Below are positions 25,250 through 39,257 of a DNA stretch of 64,000 nt, one piece after another. The notes under the pieces are model-generated. The model did no database searches, was not told the origin of the DNA, and saw only the letters and a program-made list of their open reading frames with translations. Numbering within the stretch: the stretch's first letter is position 1; the number at the start of each line of letters is the position of its first letter. This DNA comes from Octopus sinensis (Eukaryota), in contig NC_043000.1 of the NCBI RefSeq assembly GCF_006345805.1, positions 163,680,001 to 163,744,000 on the forward strand, in the 5' to 3' direction. The translations under genes and the position numbers were made by a program.

Positions 25250-25798
25250 TAGTAAAATGTGTGTAAATATTGTACTTGGGCGGTAGAGTTACGTTGTATA
25301 ATGTAGTCCGACTTAAATTATATCTGAAAAAGATGGAATGGTCATGGCTGGAATGGTTTTAGTCATAGTTCTGTTTGATCAAAAACAAGGGCCACCAACT
25401 TTTCGGGTGTTCAATCTGACAAATGTTCTTTATATGATACCCACCTGTCTAAGAAAATGGAAAAGCACAACAGAGGTTGTTGTCCCTGATACATCCTGGT
25501 CACGTATGGAATTTTATCTTATAAAGTTTATTTTGTTATCAATATGTTATCAATAAAGTCTATTTCGCCTTTCTCTTTTTTTTATTTTCTTATCTATTTA
25601 CTACTGTCGGTCAATGGGTTGCAGACATGCTGTGACAAGATGTTTCAGTCAATCAGGCAACCTCCAGTACGTATTTATCGATGACAGACTTAGTTTTCTT
25701 GGACATAATTTTTTTATTTAATTAAGGCTGTTGTGACCAACACAAACTTCATAATGTGTGTAGAGAGGTGAGGAGTTATCTGCATGGGTATACATATC

Positions 25799-26016
25799 TA
25801 TTTCTTTACTACCCACAAGGGGCTAAACACAGAGAGGACAAACGGATAAAGTAGATTATATCGACCCCAGTGCGTAACTGGTACTTATTTAATCGACCCC
25901 GAAAGGATGAAAGGCAAAGTCGACCTCGGCAGAATTTGAACTCTGAACGTAACGGCAGACGAAATACGGCTACGCATTTCGCCCGGCGTGCTAACGTTTC
26001 TGCCAGCTCGCCGCCT
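25799..26016 (-). mobile_element. SINE family A with tail type B (matches the Tx1 3' end)
   Basis: Intact tRNA-like head GGCGGCGAGCTGGCAGAAACGTTAGCAC; tail TTTGTCCTCTCTGTGTTTAGCCCCTTGTGGGTAGTAAAGAAA. Confidence 0.88.
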
Positions 26017-26024
26017 ATGTTCTT

Positions 26025-26234
26025 ATATTCTGCTACCTGTTTCAGGCATTTGACTACGGCCGTGCTGGGGCACCGCTTTGATGGGTTTCAGTCCAACAAA
26101 TCGAACCCTGGACTTATTCTTTCAAGCTTAGTACTTATTCTATCAGTCTCTTTGCCGAACCGCTAAGTTACGGGAAAGTAAACACGTCATCTGCGGTTGT
26201 CAAGCGGTGATGGGGAGACAAAAGCAAACAGAAA

Positions 26235-26298
<64 letters not shown>

Positions 26299-26461
26299 GC
26301 GGGCTTCTTTCCGTTTCCGTCTACCAGATTCTTGCACAAGGCTTTGGTCAGCCCGAAGGTATAGCAGAAAACACTTGCTCAAGTTGCCAAACAGTGCGTA
26401 TACATATAGCATGAATACAGATACATACAAATATAAATATATATATATGTATGTATGTATA

Positions 26462-26505
<44 letters not shown>

Positions 26506-26637
26506 GACGGGATTCTTTCTATTCCATCTACCAAATCCAGTGACAAGGCCCAGTGCAATAGTAGAAGACGCAGTGGGACTGAACTCGGGGCCATGTTCTT
26601 TCCACAAGCATCTTACCACACAGCAACTCTTGCGCCT

Positions 26638-26640
<3 letters not shown>
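26025..26640 (-). mobile_element. Composite SINE family B (tRNA head, CORE-like domain, internal (TA)/(CA) microsatellite, 3' domain) plus a second partial head
   Basis: Two copies of GGGCTTCTTT..TTTCCGTCTACCA..ACAAGGCTTTGGTC...GAAGACAC (26290-26392, 26505-26640) match 47325-47490 and 57096-57254. The 3' domain at 26025-26235 matches 15745-15895 and 55600-55790. Confidence 0.7.
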
Positions 26641-26680
<40 letters not shown>

Positions 26681-27679
26681 GCATATATATATATGCATAC
26701 ATGACATGCATACATACATACATACATCATACATACATACATACATACATACATACATACATACATGCATACATGCATACATACATGCATACATACATAC
26801 ATATACACACACATATGCAGTATATTTATATTCAAAAACAATCAAGCATTAAACTGAAGGATCATCTTCTGCTTTTCCGTAGAATACCAAATATATTTAT
26901 TTTTGCAAGACAAAATTATAATAGAAATTGATTTCGAAGTTTAGACTTACGTATCGTCATCAGACTGTGGTTTTCTGTTTGTTTTATTTTGTTTTTGATT
27001 TTTGTGGACGAGTTGGTTATATGGGGGAAGTGATGTATACGGGCCTTAGGCGTAGTGAAATTTGTGGAGAAAAAGACGTGGCCGTATACGAAGGGAAACG
27101 AAAAAAGTGAGGAAGAAAATATACGTTTATAAGCTGGTGAGAAAATGGTGGTAAACCCTAAATGTATTGAAAGAGAAAAGGAGGAAAGGAGGGGAAACGG
27201 AAACAGAGACATACGGAAAGAAAACGAACACAAAAATAAAAAAAACAGAATAATGGAGGTAGAACATAGTGTAAACTGGCGCCAACGTAACTTCTGATCA
27301 GCAAAATGTACACCTCTTGCGTCTGGAAGCTATTCCTCTTGAATGAGAGCCCTACTTCTCTCAACAAACAAGCAATCGGTGGTATATGTCAGATTCAAAG
27401 ACGGTTATGGAATTACTGGCATACAATAAAACATAGGAACACTCTATGCTAACAAGTACGTTATCCCCGAAAATATGTTCTCGCCACAGGGGCATAGGTA
27501 AACACACTCTAAAATTTCTGCTATTATAATAATAACTATCATTTTAATCCAGGTACAATGTCTTTCACGATAAATCCTTCAAAATGGTTGCTGGTGATTC
27601 GTAACGTTTTAAAACATACATTCTTTGCTTTACAAAACTATCAATTTACACTGGTTAACGCCATATGCAACTAATTAAC

Positions 27680-27725
<46 letters not shown>

Positions 27726-27973
27726 TGTATGTAGTATGTATGTATGTATGTATGTATGTGTGTATGTATGTATGTATGTATGTATGTATGTATGTATGTA
27801 TGTATGTATGTAGTATGTAAGTATGTATGTATGTATGTATGTATGTATGTATGTATGTATGTATGTATAAGCATTTGTACACGCACATACATAGACATGT
27901 ACATATGATGTACACATAAACACACACATGCACATATATATATATACATATATAATGTGTATATACATATGTG

Positions 27974-28013
<40 letters not shown>

Positions 28014-28123
28014 CACATATATATCTACATGTACACATACACATATCTGCATACCCAATAGGTGTATACACGTGTGTCTATGTCTTCGTGTCTCTACATA
28101 TAAGTAGGTAAGTTGCATATAAT

Positions 28124-28167
<44 letters not shown>

Positions 28168-28291
28168 CGTAAATACATATATACATATATACATACACAC
28201 GTAAATACATATATACATATATACATACATACGTGTGTGTGTCTGTATGTACATGTATATATATATATACTTGCCCTTCTGACATACTCCG

Positions 28292-28342
<51 letters not shown>

Positions 28343-28375
28343 CAGACAGACAGAAAGAGGAGATGTGTCTGTATG

Positions 28376-28458
<83 letters not shown>

Positions 28459-28487
28459 ATATATATATATATATATGTATGTACATG

Positions 28488-28530
<43 letters not shown>

Positions 28531-28560
28531 TAGAGAGAGAGAGAGAAGGAGAGAGAGAGA
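27680..28560. repeat. Compound (TATG)n/(TA)n/(TG)n/(GA)n microsatellite block
   Basis: Direct reading; it explains the YIYI/HTYI ORFs, including the 308-aa one. Confidence 0.95.
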
Positions 28561-29084
28561 GAGAGCGAGAGAGACTTATTTCTATTATATGATCCGTTCA
28601 TCCACTGTAACTTCTCTGCTTCCTGTAGTTAGTAGTTCTTTGTATAAAGCAACTGAATTTAAACTACACACAGACATCTGCTTTCAATAACTGTTATTTT
28701 GGGGGTGTCGGAGCAAGGAATAGTTGTCGCCATTTTGATGTACAAGCTACTGATATAATTTTATACACTTGTTTCTTCCTTTGATCGACTTCGTTAAGGT
28801 TTCTTAACTTTACAAAGCAGTTTGTTTCTGTAAACATGACAGATGCCCGAAATAGTCTCTTTCTTCGCTGTAACATCAAATACACACATAAATTGACACA
28901 CTCACACACACAACCAACACTTACATCAAATATATACATTAATGTACGTATACATATAGTGCGTATGTATGGATATATATATATATCTGCTCTCTCTAAA
29001 TGTATATATGTATGATAAATATATACGACTGTATTTATGTATATTTATATATGAATACACATACACAAACACACATACCCACAC

Positions 29085-29123
<39 letters not shown>

Positions 29124-29471
29124 CATATCATTGTTTTAGATATTAGTGTTTCCCTGTATTTGCTTATTATAGCGCTTGAACATAAGAATATATGGATATC
29201 CTTAGTGAATTTCTATGTATTTTTGTATGCAATACGTTCCATAATTTCATATGTACACACACACACACATATATATATATATAGTTTCATATTTATATGA
29301 TTTATGTACGCGAAGTTACTGTACTACTCATATCATTATTTATTTAGCGCACAATATATGTATATAAGTACAGGTAACACTTACATGAATACGCACAAAC
29401 ATGGATGTCTACATATGTATGTAATATATATATATTATATATATATATATATATTATATATATATATATAT

Positions 29472-30027
29472 TTTCAACAATTGAGGGTAAAATTAATTAA
29501 TTATTAATCAATTTCACCAAGTATCAGTATGTAAAGGGACCATTATAGGCGAATTCAAAATATTACATTATATATAAGGGCCTTAGTAAATAAATTACTT
29601 TGCCACATACTGAACTCATTAGAAATAGCAGCTAAAGAAATTTCTTCAGCTATTTCTAATACTTAAAGAAGATCTCTCTCAGATAGTGTTGCCTAAACCA
29701 ACTCACAAAAGTATGGGGGAAAAAACATTAAAAATCAAGTGCAAAGGTTATTTGAGAACGTACGTTTCTAGATTAGTCAATTCGACATTTCTTTCTTCAG
29801 CTCAAATTCCTTGAATCGGATTGGGAACACTGAAAGTCGGGAGCATACCCTTTCGGCTTCTAATCACCTCTAGAATTCTGCTCGAACTAAAAGTGCTACC
29901 AAATTCGAATATGCAAGCCCTTATATATAATGTAATATTTTGAATTCGCCTATAATGGTCCCTTTACATACTGAATACTTGGTGAAATTGATTAATAATT
30001 AATTAATTTTACCCTCAATTGTTGAAA
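29472..30027. mobile_element. MITE with ~110-bp terminal inverted repeats
   Basis: 29472-29581 (TTTCAACAATTGAGGGTAAAATTAATT...TATATAAGGGC) is the near-perfect reverse complement of 29917-30027; non-coding interior; left end follows (TA)n. Confidence 0.88.
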
Positions 30028-30131
30028 TTATAATTCATCTCTCTCTACTAAATGCTGCGGTTTTCACCGTTAATACATGGTGTTTGTCAATTTTACCCAC
30101 GCTGGTGGAAAGGGGAGAGCAGAAATTCTTC

Positions 30132-30464
30132 GCTTGCATATTCGAATTTGATAGCACTTTTAGTTCGAGCAGAATTCTAAGGTGATTAGAAGCGAAAGGG
30201 TATGCTCCGCTTTCAGTGTTCCCAAATCCGATTCAAGGAATTCTGAGCTGAAGAAAGAAATGTCGAATTGACTAATCTAGAAACGTACGTTCTCAAATAA
30301 CCTTTGCACTTGATTTTTTAATGTTTTTTTCCCCCATACTTTTGTGAGTTGGTTTAGGCAAACACTATCTGAGAGAGATCTTCTTTATAGTATTAGAATA
30401 GCTGAAGAATTTCTTAGAGCGGCTATTTCTAATGAGTTCAGTATGTGGCAAAGTAATTTATTTA
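30132..30464. repeat. Inverted second copy of the MITE interior, without the TIRs
   Basis: Reverse complement of about 29586-29918 with scattered 1-nt indels. Confidence 0.9.
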
Positions 30465-30510
30465 TATATATATATATATATAATATATATATATATATAA
30501 TATATATATA

Positions 30511-30563
<53 letters not shown>

Positions 30564-30565
<2 letters not shown>

Positions 30566-31401
30566 CGAGACGTGTTCAAATAGTATCCACTTTCCCCGCC
30601 AAAATCTAATGCCACGTGAGCAAAATCCTTTGGTTGAGAGAAGACATCAGCCTTTTGTTGGGCACATTAGTTCCCGGCTGTTACTCCTAGAGTACAGACA
30701 TGTAGTGCGCGTTCGTCGGATTTTTGTTTTCGCACAGTATGACGGAACGCATCGAGCTGAGACGATAAACCCATGTCTCATCCTTAGCGATGATAGTCTT
30801 CATCAAGTTTGGGTCGTGGTTTGCACAGTCCACCATGTCCTGAGTGATTTGCATGTGGAGTTGCCTCTGCTCCACCGACAGCACCTTTGCCAACATCGCA
30901 GGCACTCTCCGCATGCACAAATCCTCCGTGAAATGTAATGCACTGGTCCTGTACTAAATCCCACTTCGAGGGCAATTTACTGAATTGTTACCTGACTGCT
31001 TCTAGTTTTGGTCGGTGGATAGCCTACCTGAGCATGCCTCGCTCTCCGCTGAGGTACGGTCATCTTTGAAGCGGTTAATCTGAGTTTTGCCCATAGTATC
31101 AGCGCCAATGGCCTGCCGAATCTTTTACATGGCCCGAGTTTGAGTATCACCAAGCTTTTGGCACAACTCCGTGCAATATTTCTGCTCGATGCGCTCGTTG
31201 AAAATGAAAACCTATGGGCGGTGCACTATACGTCTATGCTCTAAGTCCAACAACCGGAAACTGAAGCGGACTGGTACGGAAATTTTCGTGCTTGCGCAGG
31301 GAAGAGTGACGTCAGCTCCCGCCACAACGATTTTACCCATGTGGCAATAGTTTTGGCGGGGAGATAATAAAGTCGGATACTTTTTAAACACACCTCGTGT
31401 A
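30564..31401 (-). mobile_element. Mariner (Tc1/mariner) DNA transposon, internally deleted
   Basis: TIRs TACGAGACGTGTTCAAATAGTATCC and GGATACTTTTTAAACACACCTCGTGTA. Transposase remnant MRRVPAMLAKVLSVEQRQLHMQITQDMVDCANHDPNLMKTIIAKDETWVY contains the first catalytic Asp motif (GDETWVY-like); the rest of the DDD domain is missing. Confidence 0.88.
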
Positions 31402-31457
31402 CACACACACACACACACACACTTATACATACATACATACATACATACATACATACA

Positions 31458-31489
<32 letters not shown>

Positions 31490-31509
31490 AGGTAGGTAGA
31501 TAGACAGAT

Positions 31510-31741
31510 TATAAATAAATGCGCCCTTTTAATGCCTAACCAGGCTCACGAGCCCGGTTTCCCGGTTTCTATGGCGTATGTGTTCCCCGGCGTTACTCAT
31601 TTTTGCCAGCTGAGTGGACTGGAGCAACGTATAATGAAGTTTTTTGCTCAAGAACACAACGCGTCGCCCGGTCCAGGAATCGAAAGGACAATCTTACAAT
31701 TATGGTGCTGACACCCTAACCACTAAGCCAGGCGCCTCCAC
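31510..31741 (-). mobile_element. tRNA-derived CORE-like SINE
   Basis: Head GTGGAGGCGCCTGGCTTAGTGGTTAGGGTGTC, B box TTCGATTCC, then GCGTTGTGTTCTTGAGCAA; similar to 54276 and 60178. Confidence 0.75.
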
Positions 31742-31822
<81 letters not shown>

Positions 31823-31939
31823 GTTTAATTTACTTTATTCTCGCTTTCTGTATTTATTACCAGCAACTCACTGCCTCTAATCTTCCTTCATGGCTCAGAA
31901 AGTATTGCAGTCTCTTACAATTATTAAATTTCAGCAAAC

Positions 31940-32230
31940 TTCAGATAAGTTTTTCAATGGAGAACTGCTTCTACATCTGAGATGGTGAATTTGCTTGACC
32001 AGATCAAAAGAAAAGTAATCCGATTGAATGGAACATAAAGTCGCTCACCAACTCACACCAAACTCTCCGGCACAGAAGTATTGTTTCATCTTTTTCATTT
32101 GTCTTGCGACCCCGACCTCGACTCAAGCAAACTCGATTGATTCGTCGCTCATTGCATCTTCAACCATGTCATATCCCATCCTACACCAGATCCCACACTA
32201 CCCTTACGTCCAGTTGTGATAAGTGGCCCA
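31940..32230 (+). mobile_element. Possible degenerate CR1/Jockey-like LINE 3' fragment
   Basis: Weak LLDQIKRKVIRL and TLRHRSIVSSF readings resemble the LD.IQ.RA.R and L.HRR.V motifs; heavily decayed. Confidence 0.3.
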
Positions 32231-32447
32231 GGTTAGGATGAACATTATTATTTTTTGATCATCTCGAAATTTGTACATGAATTACTTTGCTTGAAAACTG
32301 AATTTTCAAGACGTCAAAAGAACATGAAACTTCTATTCAACGTCTACGTCTCAAAATGTAATACCTCAGATATATATATATATATAGGACATCTTCTTGT
32401 TCTACATGGAATTTATTCTTACAACGTAACACACACAAAATATATAA

Positions 32448-32750
32448 TATGGCCCAGTGGTTAGGGCACCAGACTCGCGGTCGTAGGATCACGGTTTCGA
32501 TTCCCAGACCGGGCGTTGTAAGTGTTTATTGAGCGAAAACACCTAAAGCTCCACGAGGGTCCGGCAAGTGATGGCGGCGATCCCTGCTGTACTCTTTCGT
32601 CACAACTTTCTCTCACTCTTTCTTCTCATGGCCTGCTCGCTTAGCCAGCGGGGTGGCGTCATTTGAAGGCGTAAACAACGCGAAGCACATTGTGACCAGC
32701 GATGTGTAGCAACATCTGATAGCCTGGTCGGTCACGGTGATCACGGTGAT
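32448..32750 (+). mobile_element. tRNA-derived SINE family C
   Basis: TGGCCCAGTGGTTAGGGCACCAGACTCGCGGTCGTAGGATCACGGTTTCGATTCCC head with A and B boxes, non-tRNA body, tandem CACGGTGAT at the 3' end. Confidence 0.75.
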
Positions 32751-32816
32751 ATATATATATATCGTATAGTTAGAATTATAAATAGATAAAAATGTTACAT
32801 ATTGCATATATATATG

Positions 32817-32867
<51 letters not shown>

Positions 32868-32967
32868 TATATATATTATGTATGTATATATATGTATGTC
32901 TGTATGTATGTAGTAGGTATGTATGTATGTATGTATGTATGTGTGGTGTGTGTGTGCGTGCATATAT

Positions 32968-33135
32968 GGGTACAGGACATCACCAACTGTGCAAACATGA
33001 ATTACGTAAACAACGAGAGAAAAGAACGGAAAACATGACAAGTAAACAAAGAAAAAAGACCCTTCGTCAGTTGTCGGCTGTCTATCTACTCCTCATTTCG
33101 AGCATTCAACGACAATATGAGTCTTCAAAGACTCC
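32968..33135. repeat. Dispersed repeat family X, copy 2
   Basis: Aligns with 6773-6970. Confidence 0.65.
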
Positions 33136-34418
33136 GGAAGTATGAAAGGCAAAATCGACCTCGGTATAATTTGAACTCGGAACGCAACGACGGGCAAATA
33201 CTGCTTAGCATTTTGTCCCAACAGGCCAAAATATAATGAACTATGAATGAAAATTACCATTTGAAGATACGAAACTAATGAAAGCTGTAATTAAATTTAC
33301 TAAAGTTCTATGGGAAACTTAACCTCAATCCATCCTATGGTAACTAGCATCTATTAAGTACAGCAGAACCAATCTAGCTATTAGTAGGTCATATATGTTA
33401 CCTATGCAGCACTTTATCCATAATCAAGCACCCACGGATCCATGACTAAGTATCCATGGACATTTTATTTTTAAAGAAATGGTGAGCGTATAACTAACTC
33501 ACTGTTGTAGACAGCACTCGCGCTAGAATATTCACCAGTGACTTGTCAGTCACAAAGTGTAAAATTCCTCATGGGAAGAGATATTTGCGTGAGACTACTG
33601 CCTGGTCTACATGATTCCATTAATGCAATGTTTACTGCTAATTCCAATAGTATAACAGTACAAAAATTACTGGCAAACATTGTATTCAGGGAATCTTGTG
33701 AATCGGAAACAAGTCTCTTGTAGAGTAAAGTCAGAACTGGAAAGTGGAGTAGAATGGTAAAATTTGTGCATTATCTAGTATCTGTTTGGTGCCAATACAT
33801 TTCGTGTAACTGAAGAATATGTGTGCCTGTGAGAGTGTCTGCACGTACGAGAGTGTATGTTTATATTTGTATATATTTGTGTATGAGTATGTGTGTATAG
33901 TTGTAAATAACAATTTCTTGTCGAACGCGTACGTTAGACGCTTCAACGTTGTAGAGTCTGCTATAACATTGGGATGCTCATACCGGGTCTCTGTTAAGAG
34001 AGTAAAATATAATCAAGAACTTAACTGAAGTCCTTAACAACAGCGCAACGACAGCCATGCGATGATAAACAAAATTACAAACCACGATGCAAAGACAAGA
34101 AAACAAAAAAAACTAATAATAATATTCAGTCGGCCAAATATGACTCTTACAGCAATGGCCGCCTTCAATTTCCTGTTTGCTGTCATGGCTACTTGATCGT
34201 ATGTTTCTGTTTGTTTAGATTATACTTCTCTACTACAATTTTCTATTTGCTTTTGTTTACCAAGCCAACCGACAACTTTTGCTTTATTTATTGACATGTT
34301 TATTTATATATTTATTTCCAGTAATCTCTCTGCCTGCCTACATTTCCGCCCAGATAATTATTTCTCTGCTACTCTTCAGTTCATGCTCGAACAGTGGTAA
34401 TTACTATTGCTCTTAACG

Positions 34419-34449
<31 letters not shown>

Positions 34450-34478
34450 ATATATATTATATATATATATTATATATA

Positions 34479-34510
<32 letters not shown>

Positions 34511-34527
34511 CATATATATATACGCGC

Positions 34528-34569
<42 letters not shown>

Positions 34570-34620
34570 CGCATATATACTATATATATATATGTATATA
34601 TATATTCGTATGTATATATG

Positions 34621-34662
<42 letters not shown>

Positions 34663-35240
34663 ATATATTTACATATATACATACATATATATACGTACAT
34701 ACATATATGATATGTGTGTATGTGTGTGTATGCACAGAAATATACAGATACATGCATAAATACATACACATGCGCGCGCACATATAGGTGTGTATAATAT
34801 ATATATATATATGTATTTATATGTGTGTTTGTATGGGGGCGGCATGTAATATTACCTACGTACGATACACAACGAACATACACAGAAAATATTCTCGATA
34901 TTCTTGGTTGACATTGAAAGGCAATTAATTCCTCGGCTGACCCCACCAGCATTTGAGATCAACACTGGGTCAACAGGTGGCAGATAGCAACTCCAATTGG
35001 TATCGTATAGCTGACCGGACTTTGAAGAATGACAACACCAACTTTAATTCGCGTAAGATATGACACCAAATTGGTTAACCGTGATAAATTAGATTTCGAA
35101 ATAAAAACAGAGAAAACAAAAGTGACGTGACACTTTAAGCTAAATACTACATAAGGGAAAAATAGACAAGATAAAATTTAATAACAACAACAACAATACT
35201 ACTACTACTACTACTACACTACTACTACTACTACTACTAC

Positions 35241-35276
<36 letters not shown>

Positions 35277-35277
<1 letters not shown>

Positions 35278-35480
35278 TTCTACTATAGGCACAAGGCTAG
35301 TGATTTCAGAGAAGTGAGTAAGTCGTTTACAATGACCCCAGTGCTCAACTGGTACTTATTTATTGACCCCGAAAGAATGAGAAACAAAGTCGACCTTGGC
35401 GGAATTTGAACGTAAAGACGGACGAAATGCCGCTAAGCATTTTGTCGGGTGTGTTAATGATTCTGCCAGCTCGCCTTCTT
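35277..35480 (-). mobile_element. SINE family A copy (tail A) next to an (ACT)n(AAT)n tract
   Basis: Same head, body and tail motifs as 5093-5311. Confidence 0.8.
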
Positions 35481-35764
35481 AAAAACCACAGCAACAACAA
35501 CAACAACAACAACAAAGACAACAAAATAGTAAAAAATGGTTTCTTATATAATACGAGCCTAGAAATTTCGTAGGAGGGATCATGCGAACTACATTGGTAT
35601 TCTGTACTTGGTGTTTGATTTTATTTTGTTTAGTTTATCGAACGCCTGAGATATGTAACCCCAATGCTATCTTGACGAAGTATCAATTCAGAATGTAAAA
35701 GTATTCACCTATATATTGCCAGTCGTTTTGGCCATCGTCCTAACGTTTACAGCAGCCGGCCCTA

Positions 35765-37045
35765 AGTGGCAGATAGAATCAAACACCACGACATAGAGGA
35801 AAAGATAAAAAGAGAGTACCTGCGGCGAGTAAGAAAAATATTGGTTTCAAAGCTGAATGCCAGAACACGATTTCAACAATAAACTCGCACCCACTCGCAG
35901 TAGTTCTATTTTGTAGTGGGCAGAAGGGGAGCTAAAGGGATGGACCGAAAGTCAAGAAAGCTTCTAACAATGCATGGAGCCCATCATCTACGTGCAGACA
36001 CTGATCGCCTTTACATGAAGAGAGCAAATGGAGGAAGAGGACTAATAAGTGTGGAAGAACGCGTGCATTTTGAACTCGAGAGCTTAATGAGATACCTAGC
36101 CCAAAGTAAGGAAACCTAGCAAGTGACAGGAACGAGGGAGTATTGAGAGCAGAGAAAAAAGGGAAAACAAAGGAAGAAGGACAAAAAAGGACATGAAGAA
36201 GAATTAAGCTAGAAGGGACTACACAATCAATTCCATGTAACCACAACAGAAGTTGTTGGAAAAATAGGTGGGATTGGCTGATGAAAGGAATCCTAAAATA
36301 AGAGACCGTGAGCACTATACTGGCAGCGCAAGACCAAGCTTTGGCCACGAACTGGAGGATCAACCTGAGGAATGAGCAAGTGTTTTCGCTGTGCTGCATC
36401 TGCAACAGAGTGGATGAAACTATTGCCGATATCATGAACGAATGCCCTAGACTTTCCCAAAACCACTACAAGTTGTGGCGACACGACCAGGTTGCGAAAG
36501 TGCTACATTGGAAACTGTGGTAAAGTGGGGGCTAGAGAGAAGTAAGACGTGGTATGAGCACAAACCGCAGAGAGTGGAAGAGTCGGAGATTAACAAAATC
36601 ATCTGGGATTTACCAATCCAAATAGATCAAGTGCTAGATCATAACAGACCGGACCTGTGCACCACATATGCTATATAGTTGACATTGCATGCCCCTTTGT
36701 CCCACGAATAGTCAAGAAGGAAGGCGAAAAGATAGATAGATATAACCCTCTTAAGTACGAATTATCCGGGCTATGGAAAATGAAGAAGGTGAAGACAATG
36801 CCAGTTATTGTTGGGTCCTTGGGAATAGCATCTGATGGCATCAAGAGGAATATAAAGGAAATTGGAATAGAGTGCCCAGTAGAAGTGTTAAAAAGGTTTT
36901 GCCTCCTTGGCAGGGCCAGAATAATCAGAGAAGTATTAGAGAGCTGAAAAGAACGAATAATATGGTACCGTAGGCTGCAGGTAGTAAATCCGCTACGCAT
37001 GCGAGACTCCAGGGGTTCCAACAAAGCATGTGATAAAGAGAAAAT
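35765..37045 (+). mobile_element. R4/Dong-like LINE 3' part, degenerate
   Basis: EYLRRVRKIL, RLYMKRANGGRGL, ILAAQDQAL, CCICNRVDETIADIMNECP..RHDQVAKVLHW, DHNRPDL, IVDIACP, KIDRY..LKYE; ends in degenerate (AAT)n. Confidence 0.85.
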
Positions 37046-37061
37046 AATGATAATAATAATG

Positions 37062-37270
37062 ATTTCTTTATTAACCACAAGGGTTTACATTAAGAAAAAC
37101 ATTATTGACAGTACAGGACAAAACAAAGAATGTGTGTGTGTGTGAGTGGGTGTGTGTTGCGAGGGTTTTGCGTGTAAACAAGACCAACAAAATCTAAAAT
37201 CAACAATGTGTGATCCTCAATTAGGAGGAGACGTTCGAAGGCTGCTCATGGAAAGACCCCACAAATAACC
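37062..37270 (-). mobile_element. Probable 3' end of another L1/Tx1-type LINE with an (ATT)n tail
   Basis: Terminus AAACCCTTGTGGTTAATAAAGAAATC-ATTATTATT resembles the Tx1 terminus (GTGGCTAATAAAGAAA). No diagnostic protein motif is retained. Confidence 0.4.
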
Positions 37271-37289
37271 ATGAGTCCTATGGCAGATA

Positions 37290-38160
37290 AAATGATGGGC
37301 AAGGAAGAGTTTAACAAAAGAGCTGAGAAGAGAAAAGAAGGCCTTCTTGTAATGAGAATGCATGGACAGTTTGAAAGGAATACACAGGGACGTTAAGGAT
37401 AACGCAGCATCGTGGGCATGGCTTGAGTGAGGTGATTTGAAGCGTACCACTGAAAGCCTGATCATTGCTGCACAAGACCAGGCTCTCGCTAGCAAGTCAG
37501 TGAAGTATAACTTCTATAAAACTTCTGACGCTCAGAAATGCAGACTCTGAGGGAAGTGCGTGGAAAATGTGACCCCCTTGGTAAGTGGATGCGAGAGCCC
37601 TGCACAAAATTCAAGCGCCGCCATGAAAAAGTGTTTGCGTATCTTCATTGGCTCTTGTGCTGTAAATACCAATATGAAGTAACTGAGAACTGGTATGAGC
37701 ATGCACCAAGTAAAGTTATGCAGGAGGATGGAAAAGTAACGATACTCTGGGACTATGATTTTCAGACGAACACCGTCGACCGGATATTGTCATATTGAAT
37801 AAGAGAGACAAATACTGTCAGATCATTGATGAAGCCATACCAAATGACATGAATGTTGTGAGTAAAGAGGCTGAAAAAATCACCAAGTACTCCGAACTGA
37901 AAGTGGAAATGGCAAGACTGTATGGAATGCGAGAGGGCAATGTAAAAGTGATACCAGTGGTGAACGGTGGGTTGGGCTCAGTCCCATTGAAATTTCAAGA
38001 CTTCTTAAGGCAGCAGGAAATCCCATGCAAGATTGATGTCTTGTAAAAAGCAGCCTTATTGGGCACAGCGCACATCTTAAGGGAAGTATTATCTGTCTGA
38101 GGTCCTTGTTGTGATTTGACAGATGACTAAAGACTCCGGTACATTTCTACCTACACTGCG
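37290..38160 (+). mobile_element. R4/Dong-like LINE 3' part, different subfamily
   Basis: MHGQF, TESLIIAAQDQAL, RRHEKVFAYLHW, ILWDYDFQT, IIDEAIPND...KEAEKITKYSEL, KAALLGTAHILREVL; followed by (AAT)n(GAT)n. Confidence 0.88.
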
Positions 38161-38184
38161 TTACGAAGGAATAATAATGATAAC

Positions 38185-38263
<79 letters not shown>

Positions 38264-38474
38264 CCTTCAAATTTAAGTACAAGTCCAGCAGCCGTTTTGA
38301 TGGGAAGACTCTAATCGAAAAGTTTCATTACGATACTTCAATAGCCTCAATTGTATCGATATCGAAAGATAACAAGCAAAGTTGACCTCGAAGAAATTTA
38401 AACTCTGAACATAAAGAAACAGGACAATTACTGCGGAGAAATTTGTCAGATGCTCAAGCGATTCTGCTAGTTAG

Positions 38475-38588
<114 letters not shown>

Positions 38589-38597
38589 ATAATAATA

Positions 38598-38633
<36 letters not shown>

Positions 38634-39189
38634 GTGCCGTGGCTCTCATGGCTTCTGATCTTAACTGATTGGAAGTGTTATATACGTTGTTTTGTCTTGG
38701 TATAAAAGATGGGCTGCAGCAAATATTCTGCTTAATATCACAGATTTGCTTGTCAGTTGTTTGACCTTAACCAGTTGAGCATGTCCCTTAGTGGCTGGCG
38801 ATATGTGCATCTCTGATCACAAGCAGAAGTAGTGGGGAAGCATCATAGCCATGTGTTGAGAGGGATTCTTGGAAGTTTAGATAATCCTCTTTGGAAACAT
38901 GGGTGTTTTGTTCATTATCTTTAAACAACCCTTACTCAGAGACCTTTTGAGCGGGATTTACTCCTCGACCTGAAGAAAATTCTAACTGGACCCCACCTGC
39001 GAGGTCATGCACTGTTTATCTCGATATGAGGTCACTATGTTGCGCACATATGGTCAATATGAATGTGCCTGGTGTAACCTTATCAGACGGGTAGTCATGA
39101 TGGTTATACTGGGTTTCGTATATTCAACTCCAGTGTCACGTTGACTGCTCTGTCACATAATAACAATGGTAATAATAATAATAATAATG

Positions 39190-39255
<66 letters not shown>

Positions 39256-39257
<2 letters not shown>

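Noticed and set aside
26200-26931. Overlapping 158-213 aa ORFs
   Set aside because: Made of SINE-B fragments and microsatellites.
27675-28601. 308-aa ORF, the longest in the track
   Set aside because: Translation of (TA)n, (TACA)n and (CT)n microsatellites; no protein information.
28680-28760. AAAATGGCG (YY1/Kozak-like) start on the minus strand
   Set aside because: ORF of only 24 codons with no good donor site; such motifs arise by chance.
32448-32520. tRNA-like sequence considered as a true tRNA gene
   Set aside because: It continues into a SINE body and lacks a proper acceptor stem and Pol III terminator.
34840-35100. Possible GIY-YIG (Penelope) endonuclease remnant
   Set aside because: Only loose resemblance (C...YV..T, HQHL) with stops in all frames; not supportable without a search.
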